A stretch of 64,000 bases of DNA from Candidatus Moanibacter sp. GTDB taxonomy: Bacteria > Verrucomicrobiota > Verrucomicrobiia > Opitutales > UBA2987. Location of the stretch: the NCBI GenBank assembly GCA_965215885.1, contig CBDCEW010000105.1:128001-192000 (forward strand), read 5' to 3'. This document shows positions 41,259-51,851 of this stretch, piece by piece. The translations under genes were made by a program, and so were the position numbers. Every line of letters begins with the position of its first letter. Positions within the stretch are counted from its first letter, which is position 1. The notes beneath the pieces were generated by a model. It was not told the origin of the DNA, ran no database searches, and worked only from the letters and a program-made list of their open reading frames with translations.

Positions 41259-41609
41259 ATGAGTCACACGGACGAAGATTTAGCGAAGCAACTTTGGGCT
41301 ATAGGAGACATTGCCCGGCTAAAGATCCTACGAGTGCTGCCTCATTCACCGAACTGCGAACACGGCAACAACGTATCGCAACTCGCGGAAATGCTTGGGA
41401 TGCCGCAGCCGACCATATCGCATCATTTAAAGGTACTCCGACAGGCCGGTATGGTGACTAACAAGAAGATGTGTCGGGATGTATTCTACTGGATTGATCG
41501 CAATAGCGCGGGCCAGGTCTACGATCAACTGCAGGAGATTCTGAAGATACCGGCGCAGGATTTTCGCACCCACAAGATTCTAACGAATCCCGAAGAGAGC
41601 GGCACTTGA
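41259..41609 (+). CDS. ArsR/SmtB family regulator
   Basis: RLKIL…QPTISHHLKVLRQAG. Confidence 0.9.
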   Translation: MSHTDEDLAKQLWAIGDIARLKILRVLPHSPNCEHGNNVSQLAEMLGMPQPTISHHLKVLRQAGMVTNKKMCRDVFYWIDRNSAGQVYDQLQEILKIPAQDFRTHKILTNPEESGT

Positions 41610-41916
41610 TTGAATCCGTAGAACATGCTCGCTGAAAAGGGAATTCGTATCTACATCCCCCACGCTCTTGACTCGCCATAGCCCACCGGGCGACGGCGGT
41701 TGTGGTGGGGTCAGTTGAGGAATCGAGCTACACGAACCGGCTCGAAACCGCAACAAATCCCCCAGGCTTGTCCTGGGGATCGTTAGGTTTCTTTGGGAGG
41801 ATACCCAGATCTGCAATCGCAATCGCCTTTGTTCGTATTTCGCCGAATAACGAACATAGAGTCAGTAACGTATCTGGATGTTGCGGAATTGGCAGCCTCA
41901 AACTGAGCCGGATGTT

Positions 41917-42663
41917 CTAAGCTTCAAGAAACCGCTCAAATTGAGCCGCATCTTCAAGGGAATCGATTCCGATCGTCCGCTCTGCGGTGATGCCGACAAC
42001 GATAGTAATTCCATTTTCGAGAGCGCGCAACTGTTCCAGCATTTCAATCTGCTCAAGACGCCCCCGAGGCATATTCTTGAACTGTTTCAAGAAGGAAGCC
42101 GAGTAGGCGTAGATGCCGAGATGCCAGTAGCAATGGTTCTCTTTCAGCCAATTCGCATCGACATAGCCCCGGTGCTCCCGGGCAAACGGAATCGGAGAAC
42201 GCGAAAAGTAGAGGGCATGATTGCTGCTATCCACAACGACTTTTACTTTGTCGGGATCCCGAAAATCCTCTTCCTTGCGAAAGGGCGAGGCGAGAGTCGC
42301 CATGTCGGCGGAATCCCGGATTAGTTCTTGTAGTGTCAGGATTTGTCGAGCACTGATCATAGGCTCATCTCCCTGCACATTAATGACATAGTCGGCGCCG
42401 ATCTCTTCATTCGCTTCCGCAATCCGGTCGGTTCCACTGGGATGGTCAGATGCCGTCGAGATCACCCGATACCCGTTCGTTTCAAGCAGCTTGGACACCT
42501 CATCATCTTCCACGGCGAAGAACAAGGGCAGTTCAGGCGCTTCATCTGCGATGCGTTGTGCCGTCCAAAGTATGAGAGGTCTTCCCTTAATCTCAAAGAG
42601 AGGTTTGCCGGGGAATCGCGATGAAGCCAACCGCACCGGCACCACAATCGCTATTTCTTGCAT
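41917..42663 (-). CDS. kdsB: 3-deoxy-manno-octulosonate cytidylyltransferase
   Basis: RLASSRFPGKPL, SGTDR, NVQGDEP and LEQLRALE motifs. Confidence 0.95.
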   Translation of the reverse strand: MQEIAIVVPVRLASSRFPGKPLFEIKGRPLILWTAQRIADEAPELPLFFAVEDDEVSKLLETNGYRVISTASDHPSGTDRIAEANEEIGADYVINVQGDEPMISARQILTLQELIRDSADMATLASPFRKEEDFRDPDKVKVVVDSSNHALYFSRSPIPFAREHRGYVDANWLKENHCYWHLGIYAYSASFLKQFKNMPRGRLEQIEMLEQLRALENGITIVVGITAERTIGIDSLEDAAQFERFLEA

Positions 42664-42711
42664 ATTCCGAAGGGTTGTCGCATTTAAAGGGATGATCAAG
42701 GCGTATTGTAA

Positions 42712-43458
42712 ATGCTGCTGACCTGGATTATCATATTCAGCCTGGCCGGAACGCTTGGGACGGCAATCGCGGCGTCGCTTTTTCTTTTTTCTTCACAAAG
42801 GTTAAAAAAAGTTGTTCTGCCCGGTCTTTTAAGCTTCGCGGTTGGCGCACTTCTCTCCGTCGCATTTCTCAGGCTCCTGCCACTTGCCGTGAAGAATGCG
42901 GAGGTCGAATTGATAATGGGAACCGTCCTGGGCGGAATCATCCTATTCTTTATCCTCGAGAAAACGCTGATATGGCGTCACTGTCATGAACACGAGTGCG
43001 AAGTGCACACGGCAGGGGGCCCACTTATACTGATAGGAGATGCCTTTCACAACTTCGTCGACGGCGTCATTATTGCGGCGGCCTTTTTAGCCTCAATTCC
43101 GCTTGGGGTGGCCACCGCACTCGCCATTGTCATTCACGAAGTGCCCCAGGAAGTGGGAGACTTCTCCATTTTACTCGAACAGGGATACCCGGTGAGACGG
43201 GCGTTTATTTTGAATAGCATCTCAAGTCTGACGACTTGCCTGGGAGCCCTGGTCGGGTACTTCATCCTCGATCTTGTCGAGCCAGCGATACCCTTTATGT
43301 TGGCGATTTCCGCATCCAGCTTTATTTACATCGCCACCGTCGACCTTATCGCCGACATGCATCGCCGCCCCGAGCCGCAATCAGCAGTTTCGCAGACTCT
43401 CCTCATATTCGCCGGAATCGCTTCAGTGGCTTTATTTGGTATCGGGCACAGCCACTGA
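42712..43458 (+). CDS. ZIP family metal transporter
   Basis: HNFVDG and HEVPQEVGDF motifs. Confidence 0.9.
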   Translation: MLLTWIIIFSLAGTLGTAIAASLFLFSSQRLKKVVLPGLLSFAVGALLSVAFLRLLPLAVKNAEVELIMGTVLGGIILFFILEKTLIWRHCHEHECEVHTAGGPLILIGDAFHNFVDGVIIAAAFLASIPLGVATALAIVIHEVPQEVGDFSILLEQGYPVRRAFILNSISSLTTCLGALVGYFILDLVEPAIPFMLAISASSFIYIATVDLIADMHRRPEPQSAVSQTLLIFAGIASVALFGIGHSH

Positions 43459-43708
43459 TCAGGAATCTGTCAGACTTGCTTTCGGAATTCGCGGGGATAT
43501 TACGCTGTCTGGGCGCGATCGTGCATTGTGGGGGAGTCGACCACTGACACATTCCTAAGCGCTCTGCCGAGCGGCAGAGCGGGGACTCAATCGAATCGGG
43601 CGAAAGCTCTCCTCAACTCACCTTTATGGCATTTTCGCAGCTCAGTTTACTCCCAAGTCGTGAAAGAGGCGTTTTGGGCTATAGCTGAGGCATATTAGCC
43701 AGCAAATT

Positions 43709-44593
43709 TCATATCCCCAGCACGCGCGCCATGTTACCTCCCAGGACGCACTCCAATTGCGCATCATCAAGCCCGGAAGATCTCGTCTCTGCAACAAAGC
43801 GCCCCAAACCCGGTTCTCGCACCTCCCGTGGATAGAGCATGAGTGGATAATCCGATCCGAAAATGACCTTTTCCGCACCTATGATATCGACGACGCTGCG
43901 AAAAATGCGCCCATCGTAGATCAGCGGACTCGCCGCTGTGTCGTAGAATACGTGCTTCAACGTTTTTCGGCACTCGGGATTAAGCTCGTAAAACGGCAGG
44001 CCGCCTCCCCAATGCGCCAGGATAATAGTCAATTCCGGAAACCTCCTCGCCACCCACAGGAAGTCCTCTAACGGCGTGGAAACTTTACCCGCGTATCCAT
44101 GGCCGGCAGGTTCAGTCGCATGTATTGTAACGGGAATGTTAGACTCCTGCGCCCAGTCCAGAATCTTTATCCAGGTCGGATGATCCATCGCAAACCCCTG
44201 CGCTGCCGGATGGATCTCCCCTATCCCGAGCAATCCACTGTCTATGGCACGACGCAGTTCATCAAATGCTCTCACACCCGCCAGCGGCTGCACTGCCGCG
44301 AACCCGATAAAGCGGTCGCCGTCTTCCCTGAGCCAATCCAGGTGCCACGCATTCTGAAGTTCGCAAGTCTGCTGATTCTCCCAATACCAGCCAAGCATGA
44401 CCGCTTTGTTGACACCGGCAGCATCCATGTCGCCTAAAAGCTTCTCCCGATCCGCCCAAGCTTGAATAGAATTCCCCCCTTCTTCTCCGGTTACCAGTTT
44501 CAGCCAGTGGTGCTCTTTCACCTGCCTTCCCCACCCTTTCGGATATGCTATGACTTCGGGCGGATAGCGGTGAATATGACTGTCGATGACCAT
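43709..44593 (-). CDS. Amidohydrolase_2 family protein
   Basis: IDSHIH, GIGE, AHWGG and FGSDYP motifs. Confidence 0.88.
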   Translation of the reverse strand: MVIDSHIHRYPPEVIAYPKGWGRQVKEHHWLKLVTGEEGGNSIQAWADREKLLGDMDAAGVNKAVMLGWYWENQQTCELQNAWHLDWLREDGDRFIGFAAVQPLAGVRAFDELRRAIDSGLLGIGEIHPAAQGFAMDHPTWIKILDWAQESNIPVTIHATEPAGHGYAGKVSTPLEDFLWVARRFPELTIILAHWGGGLPFYELNPECRKTLKHVFYDTAASPLIYDGRIFRSVVDIIGAEKVIFGSDYPLMLYPREVREPGLGRFVAETRSSGLDDAQLECVLGGNMARVLGI

Positions 44594-44633
44594 ACCGCAT
44601 AAAGCCGAGAGGAGGTCGAGGTACCGGGGGGCT

Positions 44634-45227
44634 TTATTCCCCCAATTGATACCGAGTAAACCGCCGCACGACTAAATTCTCTCCCAACTTTGAGATATGC
44701 TCCAAAAGCAGCTCTTTTACACTTTGATCGGCGTTCTTCACGAACGGCTGCTCCAATAGACAAATGGACTGGTAGATCTTCTCCAGCTTTCCCTCTACTA
44801 CTTTCTGCACGACATGGGGCGGCTTACCTTCTACTTGAGAAGCCGCAATCTCTCGCTCTTTATTCGCAACGTCCTCAGGCACTTCATCGCGGGAAACGTA
44901 TTGTGGATTCGCCGCCGCGATATGAAGGCAAATATCTCTTGCCAGCCTCTTAAATTCTTCTGTTTTCGCCACGAAATCGGTCTCGCATTTCACTTCAACA
45001 AGCACGCCCACCTTACCGCCAAGGTGAATATACTGGTCGATCAAACCCTCACTGGTAGTTCGCCCTGCTTTCCTTGCCGCCGAGGCCATACCTTTCTTGC
45101 GCAGTATCGTAATAGCCTCATCCATATCACCTCCGGCTTCGGTCAACGCCGTCTTGCAATTCAGAAGTCCAGCACCCGTCTTCCCACGCAATTCACCGAC
45201 CATCTTAGCTGTAATCTCGCCACTCAT
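44634..45227 (-). CDS. tsf: Elongation factor Ts (short form)
   Basis: ELRGKTGAG and CETDFVAK; downstream of rpsB. Confidence 0.95.
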   Translation of the reverse strand: MSGEITAKMVGELRGKTGAGLLNCKTALTEAGGDMDEAITILRKKGMASAARKAGRTTSEGLIDQYIHLGGKVGVLVEVKCETDFVAKTEEFKRLARDICLHIAAANPQYVSRDEVPEDVANKEREIAASQVEGKPPHVVQKVVEGKLEKIYQSICLLEQPFVKNADQSVKELLLEHISKLGENLVVRRFTRYQLGE

Positions 45228-45290
45228 ATCTTAAAACAGCCCTCCGAATTAAGTCTAAATCCTCCCGATTTGTTCTCTACCGAACACCTC

Positions 45291-46139
45291 TCAAGAAGCA
45301 CCCTGGTCATCATCGGTCGAGTAGGAATCTGGGATCTCTTTGACAAAACTCTCGGCCCCGGTCGCAAAGATGGGAGCCACCGGAGTGACGGGAAGTTGCT
45401 CCTCTTTTGCCTCCTCGCGAAGAAAAGGTGTCAACCCTTTGCTTGCCTTATGGGCTTCGCGATGTGCCAAACCGTTTTGGATCGCCTCCATCACGGTCTC
45501 CAACACGATCCGAATCGATTTATTCGAATCGTCGTTTCCAGGAATTGGATAATCGATAAGCGAAGGGTCCGAATTTGTGTCGACCAGGGCCACCAACTTA
45601 ATCCCGAGCCGGACAGTCTCCGCTACCGCAATCTGCTCGTGGTTTGTGTCGATAATGAATACGGCCTCCGGCAACTCCGGCATTTCCAGCAATCCCTCGA
45701 AATTTCGATTCATCCGGCTCATTTCGCGGCGGATTGCGGCCGCCTCCTTCTTCGGCACCTTGTCCAATCTCCCATCCGCCTCCATAGACAGGTATTCCTT
45801 ATACTTCATGACACTATTTCTGATAGTGGTGAAATTCGTCAATGTGCCACCCATCCAACGATTCGCGCAGAAGGGCATTTGGCACTGTATCGCTGCTTCC
45901 CTTGTAATCTCTTGAGCCTGACGCTTCGTTCCGACAAGCAGGATGTATTTTCCCGAGGCAACCAGTTCCTCAATAAACCGGGTCGCCCGCTCCATAAGGG
46001 CATAAGTCTTCTCAAGATCAATTATCGAAATACCATGACGGTTATCGAAAACAAACTCCTTCGATTTTGGATTATAGCGCCTGAGTTGGTGCCCGAAGTG
46101 AACTCCCGCATCCAGCAGGTCTTTGATCGTAATGTTCAT
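45291..46139 (-). CDS. rpsB: 30S ribosomal protein S2
   Basis: AGVHFGH, RWMGGTLTN and IPGNDD motifs. Confidence 0.97.
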   Translation of the reverse strand: MNITIKDLLDAGVHFGHQLRRYNPKSKEFVFDNRHGISIIDLEKTYALMERATRFIEELVASGKYILLVGTKRQAQEITREAAIQCQMPFCANRWMGGTLTNFTTIRNSVMKYKEYLSMEADGRLDKVPKKEAAAIRREMSRMNRNFEGLLEMPELPEAVFIIDTNHEQIAVAETVRLGIKLVALVDTNSDPSLIDYPIPGNDDSNKSIRIVLETVMEAIQNGLAHREAHKASKGLTPFLREEAKEEQLPVTPVAPIFATGAESFVKEIPDSYSTDDDQGAS

Positions 46140-46311
46140 TATAGACTGCTCGGCCCCTCAGTAATGAGGAAGCAGCGCCCCATGATCGGGCGCTTTGGCC
46201 TGATTTATTCTAGAAGTTAATGTGTGTTAGATTGTTATAAGTGAACAAACGTCCCCGATTCAGAGAAAGCTGCCAGAAATACCCGACCTAATAGGGAAAG
46301 CAAGCAGAAAC

Positions 46312-46364
46312 TGGGTGAAACGGCGATTTGAACCCGCGATCCCGCTCAGCGGGATTATGAGCCC
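46312..46364 (-). repeat. Degenerate 3' half of tRNA-fMet (att-like remnant)
   Basis: Minus strand GGGCTCATAA-[TCCCGCTGAGCGGGA]-TCGCGGGTTCAAATC…CACCCA mirrors the intact tRNA at 46707..46783. Confidence 0.75.
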
Positions 46365-46367
46365 AGC

Positions 46368-46632
46368 TTATCTCCTCTCCAGACCTGTAATAGAATAGAA
46401 CTGATTTCCGCCCTTTGCCCGCTTCAGTCTGTTCTCGAGTTTCCGAGCTTCGGAGAGACTCATCCTTTTGCTCTCCCATCCCAAGGACCAAGGTTCTCGG
46501 TGGCGAGTCCATTGGCTGACGCCCGTATTATGATCTCTTAGTCGTTCTCCTATATCGTCACTTAGAACCAATGTAAAAACGACCGGTAACGTTCCGAAGG
46601 ACGTATACTTGGTAGAGTTTGCCTTGAGACAC
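46368..46632 (-). pseudogene. Small GIY-YIG nuclease (about 87 aa) with a 1-nt frameshift near 46567
   Basis: YQVYVLRNVTGRFYIG | LSDDIGERLRDHNTG..WTR.REPW…EARKLENRLK, split between two frames. Confidence 0.8.
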
Positions 46633-46671
46633 TGGTAGACTGCGGGTTTGGTTACTAACCTTAGAAATGGC

Positions 46672-46704
46672 GATGGCCCGCGATTTTGAAATTCGCGGGC
46701 CATC
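46672..46704 (-). terminator. Hairpin immediately 3' of the tRNA
   Basis: gatggcccgcga-ttttgaaat-tcgcgggccatc, 12-bp stem; no clear U-tract. Confidence 0.45.
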
Positions 46705-46706
46705 AT

Positions 46707-46783
<77 letters not shown>

Positions 46784-46867
46784 ACAAAGAAGCCAGAAGA
46801 ATGAAAGGCGCGTTTTTCAAGTAAAGAATAAAGTGAAAAAAAAGAAAAATCGCTTGAGACGGGCCCA

Positions 46868-48019
46868 TCAAACATTCTCAAGCGCCTGTTTGAGATCCTC
46901 GATCAAATCGTTGGCATCTTCTCCGCCCACGGACAGTCGGACGAGTCCATCCGTTATTCCCACCCGTTCGCGTTCGGCCGGTTCCACGGCCGCGTGTGTC
47001 ATGGTAACCGGATGTGTAACCAAGGATTCAAGCGACCCCAGGTTCTCGGCCAGAGTCCAGAGTCTTAGGGAATCCATAAGTCTCTTCCCAGCTTCAACAC
47101 CACCCTTCACCTCAAACCAGAGCATCGCTCCAAATCCCGTCGCCTGGCGCTTCGCCAACTCGCGCTGCGGAAACGACTCCAATCCCGGGTAGCGCACGCG
47201 TTCCACCTTAGGATGTGACTCGAGGAATCTCGAAATCGCCATTGCACTCTCCGACTGCCGCACCATGCGCAGCGACAGCGTCTTGCAACCTTGGAGGGTG
47301 AGCCAGGCAACTTGAGGCGAAAGAATGGTTCCGGAAGTATTCTGCACGTAGCGCAGCTTCTCATCCAACTCCTCGTTTTGACTGATCACGGCGCCGCCTA
47401 AGGTCGCGTTGTGACCATCGAGGTACTTGGTTGTGCTCTGGATGGAGAGATCGGCCCCCAATTCGATAGGACGCTGATAATAAGGCGAAAGGAATGTATT
47501 GTCTACGGCGTGGACAATTTCTCTACTCTTTGCGATCTCGGAGACTGCGGCGATATCCGTCAGCTTCAGGGTCGGGTTGGCCGGGGTCTCCGTTAAGATC
47601 AGCCGAGTGTTCTCACGAACGGCACGCCTCACCTCTTCCACATTAGACATATCGGCAAAGGTGAATTCGACCCCGAACCGCGCGAATATAAACTTGCAGA
47701 GGCGATAAGTCCCGCCATAGGCCACGTCCGGCACAATGGCATGGTCGCCGGCGTTCAGGAAACTCTGAAATACCGCCTGGATCGCCGCCATTCCTGTGGT
47801 GACACAGATACAACCCAACCCCCCTTCCAGGCGAGCCAGCTTTCTCTCCAACGCCTTCACGGTCGGATTTGCTGTTCGCGAGTATGAATACCCTTTGGCG
47901 AGATACTCGTCGACCGACGGCTGGACAAAGGTGGTGCTCTGATAGATCGGAGTCAGGATAGCTCCCGTCACCGGATCCGGTTCCACGCCCGCGTGGATCT
48001 GCTCTGTAGAAAACTCCAT
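46868..48019 (-). CDS. Cystathionine gamma-synthase/lyase family PLP enzyme
   Basis: PIYQSTTF, YSRTANPT, ETPANP, DNTF and STTKYLDGH motifs. Confidence 0.92.
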   Translation of the reverse strand: MEFSTEQIHAGVEPDPVTGAILTPIYQSTTFVQPSVDEYLAKGYSYSRTANPTVKALERKLARLEGGLGCICVTTGMAAIQAVFQSFLNAGDHAIVPDVAYGGTYRLCKFIFARFGVEFTFADMSNVEEVRRAVRENTRLILTETPANPTLKLTDIAAVSEIAKSREIVHAVDNTFLSPYYQRPIELGADLSIQSTTKYLDGHNATLGGAVISQNEELDEKLRYVQNTSGTILSPQVAWLTLQGCKTLSLRMVRQSESAMAISRFLESHPKVERVRYPGLESFPQRELAKRQATGFGAMLWFEVKGGVEAGKRLMDSLRLWTLAENLGSLESLVTHPVTMTHAAVEPAERERVGITDGLVRLSVGGEDANDLIEDLKQALENV

Positions 48020-48228
48020 ACTGCTTCCAATTCCCCCGCCAATTCGCACCCGCTGTCAAGGATTTTGAGCAAGTAGCGGAATTGAGGCCCATGGCTCCTA
48101 AGAAGCAGCCATTTGTAAAGGGATGCGCGAAGAATAAAGGCTACTGGATGTCCACTGATTTCAACGAGCCCCTTGAGGACCTCAGAGTATATGCGAGCAA
48201 TTGGAGATCGTGACCGGCGACGAGGTGT

Positions 48229-48900
48229 TCAGACAGTATCCTGTAGATATCGTGTGGTAATCTCCCTCGCTTCACGAGCATTATTCGTGATGCTCGTCCA
48301 ATCCTGCGCATTGATGAGATCTCTGGAAGCGATCCAGGATCCACCAATTGCGGCGATCAGCGGACTCCCAAGATACTCTGAGAGATTCGACGGGTTTATC
48401 CCACCAAGCGGAATAAATTGGACTCCCAAGTGCGCATAGGGTGCGGCCATGCTTTTTAAATAGTCCAACCCCCCCGAAGGTTCAGCGGGGAAAAACTTCA
48501 GCAATCTGCATCCAAATTCTAAGGCTCCCTCAACGTCAGATGGTGTCGCTACACCCGGTGCGAAAGAGAATTCCAACTTCGCAGCTTCACGAATAATGCG
48601 GGGATTCATTCCCGGCGCTACGCCGAAATCAGCGCCCGCTCTCGAAACTTCGTAAAGCTGTTCAACACTCAGGATCGTCCCGATTCCCACGTTCAATTCA
48701 GGGAAACTGGCGATGATCGTCTCCATGGCGGAAACTGCCACGGGAGTCCGCAGGGTCAATTCCAAGGCATCGACACCACCTTCCAGGAGCGCCTCAGCGA
48801 GGGGCACAGCGTCCTCGTCGCGGTCAATCGCGAGTACCGCAATTATTCGGCTCTCTCGAAGCCGATCGGCAAGCGCAGGGTCGAAAGGGAGATTATTCAT
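48229..48900 (-). CDS. eda: KDPG/KHG aldolase
   Basis: ELTLRT, GTIL, KFFPAE and PLGG motifs. Confidence 0.92.
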   Translation of the reverse strand: MNNLPFDPALADRLRESRIIAVLAIDRDEDAVPLAEALLEGGVDALELTLRTPVAVSAMETIIASFPELNVGIGTILSVEQLYEVSRAGADFGVAPGMNPRIIREAAKLEFSFAPGVATPSDVEGALEFGCRLLKFFPAEPSGGLDYLKSMAAPYAHLGVQFIPLGGINPSNLSEYLGSPLIAAIGGSWIASRDLINAQDWTSITNNAREAREITTRYLQDTV

Positions 48901-49066
48901 ATTATCTGAATCTACAACATTGCCCTAAACGTCCTCTCATACTCCGGGAAATAGGAACTGATCAACGATGAATTGTCGATTTTTCTGACTGAAATTTCCG
49001 CCATTCCTTGTTTATAATGAAGAAACGATCACCTCCGCTATTGAATAAGAAAGCTCATACCACACC

Positions 49067-50260
49067 TTGAAAAAGGAAAAGAAATTCGCTGTCGCGGATC
49101 GCCTCACGGGTGCATTTGACGAATTGGCCCTGGAAAAGTGGGCCAACGCACTGTATGACCGCCTCCACAACGACGTCACGTTCGGAATTGTCTTCATGGG
49201 GCCCGACTTTTTTGAGCATTCCGAGGAAGTCCTCGAGATTATTCGAATAAACGCGCGCATCCCGATCCTTGCGGGTTGTTCCAGTCACGGCCTTATCTCT
49301 AATGGGATCGAGTTCGAACAAGGAGGTGGAATTACCCTCATCCTATTTCATCTGCCCGATGCCGAAATAACGGCCTACCACTTCGCGGCGAACGAAATTG
49401 AGCGCGCCAACGGACCTGAATTCTGGCCTCGAATAACCGGGATCAACTCCCTGGAAACCAATGGCTGGCTCCTCCTGGTGGATCCCTTTCATCTGCACTC
49501 CGATCAATGGCTGGAGAGTTGGAACCTTGCCTACGCCCCTTTGCCCATGCTGGGAGGATTGGCGGCCGGTGCCATCGGTGAACATCAATCTTACCTCTTC
49601 CTCAATGGTGAAACATATTCGGATGGTCTTATCGCGGTATCGGTAGGCGGTGCGGTTGCCATTGGATGCAGGATTTCTCAGGGATGCACGCCGATAGGCG
49701 ATACCTGGACAATAACCAAGGCGGAGAAAAACCTCATTCTGGAGATTGCAAATCAATCGGCGTTTGAAGTGCTTTCACAAACTTTTTCAAACCTGCCTGA
49801 AGTAGTAAGAGAGAGGTCGAAGGGAAATCTCTTCCTCGGTCTGGTCTACGACGAATATAAGGAGGAGTTTCGGAGAGGCGACTTTCTGATTCGCAATCTC
49901 GTCGGCGCCGATCCCAAAAGTGGAGCCATTGCAGCCGCTGCCTTCCCCCGCGCCGGGCAAACCGTCCAGTTTCAACTGCGCGACGCACATGCCGCCGATG
50001 AAGATCTGATCGTCAGTCTGGAACACGCAAAATCTGATCTGGCGGGCAATAAGATTTATGGCGGCTGTCTCTTTTCCTGCCGCGGCAGAGGGCAAGGCCT
50101 CTTCGGAGTTCCCAATCACGACGCCACTCTCATTCAAGAAAAGCTAGGTCCCTTTCCTTTAGCCGGCTTTTTCTGTAACGGTGAAATTGGACCCATCGGT
50201 GCGAGAAGCTATCTACACGGCTATACCGCCTCTCTCGCTCTCTTTGTCGAAAAGAAATGA
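49067..50260 (+). CDS. FIST signal transduction protein
   Basis: GGLA, SQGCTPIG, FSCRGRG and GFFCNGEIGP motifs. Confidence 0.9.
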   Translation: MKKEKKFAVADRLTGAFDELALEKWANALYDRLHNDVTFGIVFMGPDFFEHSEEVLEIIRINARIPILAGCSSHGLISNGIEFEQGGGITLILFHLPDAEITAYHFAANEIERANGPEFWPRITGINSLETNGWLLLVDPFHLHSDQWLESWNLAYAPLPMLGGLAAGAIGEHQSYLFLNGETYSDGLIAVSVGGAVAIGCRISQGCTPIGDTWTITKAEKNLILEIANQSAFEVLSQTFSNLPEVVRERSKGNLFLGLVYDEYKEEFRRGDFLIRNLVGADPKSGAIAAAAFPRAGQTVQFQLRDAHAADEDLIVSLEHAKSDLAGNKIYGGCLFSCRGRGQGLFGVPNHDATLIQEKLGPFPLAGFFCNGEIGPIGARSYLHGYTASLALFVEKK

Positions 50261-51504
50261 TGGAACTCTTTAACATTCTCGCCGTGCTACTGACCCTTAC
50301 GGCCCTCTTCAGCTACTTGAATCTGAGGTGTATTGGTCTTCCCACAACGATAGGGGTCATGTTCATCGCTCTGGTGGTATCCCTCATTCTCGTCCTGGCT
50401 GGAGTTATCGAACCGAGTATAAGGATATACGCTCAGGCTCTCGTCGACGCCGCCCATTTCGATAAAACGCTCCTTCACGGCATGTTGAGCTACTTACTTT
50501 TTGCCGGAGCCCTCCACGTTAATCTCAACGATCTCTATGCCAATCGACGCATAATCGGCTTTCTCGCTATCTTCGGCACACTCATCTCAGTCGGTATTTT
50601 GGGACTGCTTACCTGGGGGCTCTTGCGCCTTCTCGAAATCGATATCCCATTCATATTCTGTCTCCTCTTCGGCGCTCTAATTTCCCCAACTGACCCAATC
50701 GCGGTTCTCGGGATTCTAAAGACTGCCGGCGCACCCAAGAGTCTGGAGACGAAAATAACAGGAGAATCACTCTTTAATGACGGAGTCGGCCTCGTGCTCT
50801 TTCTGCTCATCCTTAATCTGGCAACGGGCAGGGCAGATGGAGAGAGTCTCAGCCTCGGTCCCATCGCTCTGTTTTTCGTCCAGGAAGCATTGGGGGGAAT
50901 CGTCTTCGGATTGTTGATTGGATATATCGCTTACAAGATGCTCCAATCAATCGACAATTACTCAGTGGAGATTATTATAACGTTGGCTCTTGTCTCGGGC
51001 GGTTATGCCCTCGCTTCCGCACTCCATCTATCCGGCCCCCTCGCAATCGTCGTGGCAGGCCTTTTCATCGGAAACCAGGGTCGCCTCTTTGCCATGTCCG
51101 GAGAGACGACGCAGCACCTTGATCTCTTCTGGGAGTTGGTCGACGATATTCTGAATGCCGTATTGTTTGTCCTGATCGGACTGGAGGCCCTCACCCTCAC
51201 ATTCAGGCAGGAATATCTCCTGGCCGGAACTCTCGCTATACCCATGGTTCTATTTGCCCGATTCATTGCAGTGGGCATACCAGTAACCCTCTTGAGAAAA
51301 ATCCGCTCTTTCAGCCCCGGAGTGATACGGATCTTAACTTGGGGAGGCTTACGCGGCGGAATATCGGTGGCGCTGGCCCTTTCTCTCCCTGTCGGCCCGG
51401 CAAGGGAGATCATTCTCACAATGACCTACTGCGTCGTCATCTTTTCCATCCTGGTTCAGGGCCTCACCATCGGATCGCTCATCAAGAAACTCAGTGTGGA
51501 GTAG
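50257..51504 (+). CDS. CPA1 family Na+/H+ antiporter
   Basis: ISPTDPIAV, GESLFNDG and WGGLRG motifs. Confidence 0.92.
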   Translation: MMELFNILAVLLTLTALFSYLNLRCIGLPTTIGVMFIALVVSLILVLAGVIEPSIRIYAQALVDAAHFDKTLLHGMLSYLLFAGALHVNLNDLYANRRIIGFLAIFGTLISVGILGLLTWGLLRLLEIDIPFIFCLLFGALISPTDPIAVLGILKTAGAPKSLETKITGESLFNDGVGLVLFLLILNLATGRADGESLSLGPIALFFVQEALGGIVFGLLIGYIAYKMLQSIDNYSVEIIITLALVSGGYALASALHLSGPLAIVVAGLFIGNQGRLFAMSGETTQHLDLFWELVDDILNAVLFVLIGLEALTLTFRQEYLLAGTLAIPMVLFARFIAVGIPVTLLRKIRSFSPGVIRILTWGGLRGGISVALALSLPVGPAREIILTMTYCVVIFSILVQGLTIGSLIKKLSVE

Positions 51505-51567
51505 TTCGATCGCTGCCTTGGTTCAAATAGAGGTGAATCTCCGGCAAAGGAGTCAGCTCCTAATTCT

Positions 51568-51709
51568 GATTCCGCTGATAAATCCCCCACATTCTTGTCC
51601 CTCTCGGCGGGACGGCTACTGTGCTCCGTAAGTCGTTGATATGAGTAGCCACCCTGCCCTACGGCAGGGTGGTCGCGGATACCGAAAGGACCACTTTTTC
51701 AGCAGAATC
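51568..51709 (+). mobile_element. MITE family C, copy 1
   Basis: Ends GATTCCGCTGATAAA…TTTTTCAGCAGAATC; homologous to 62763..62892. Confidence 0.75.
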
Positions 51710-51851
51710 TATTTTTTCATTCCAGTGAAATATGCGGGCTAATCGGCAACGAAAGAGGCAGCAAAACCTTTCCTCACAAAAAAGATTGAGCCAGGACACT
51801 ATTTATACCACCATCTGAAAGCTGATATTAACCACGAACGGTAAATGAGTC

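Noticed and set aside
44814..46220. 468-aa plus-strand ORF
   Set aside because: Antisense shadow of rpsB-tsf
48141..48228. Possible IS-end remnant downstream of eda (ctactggatgtccactga)
   Set aside because: No partner end or second copy in the window
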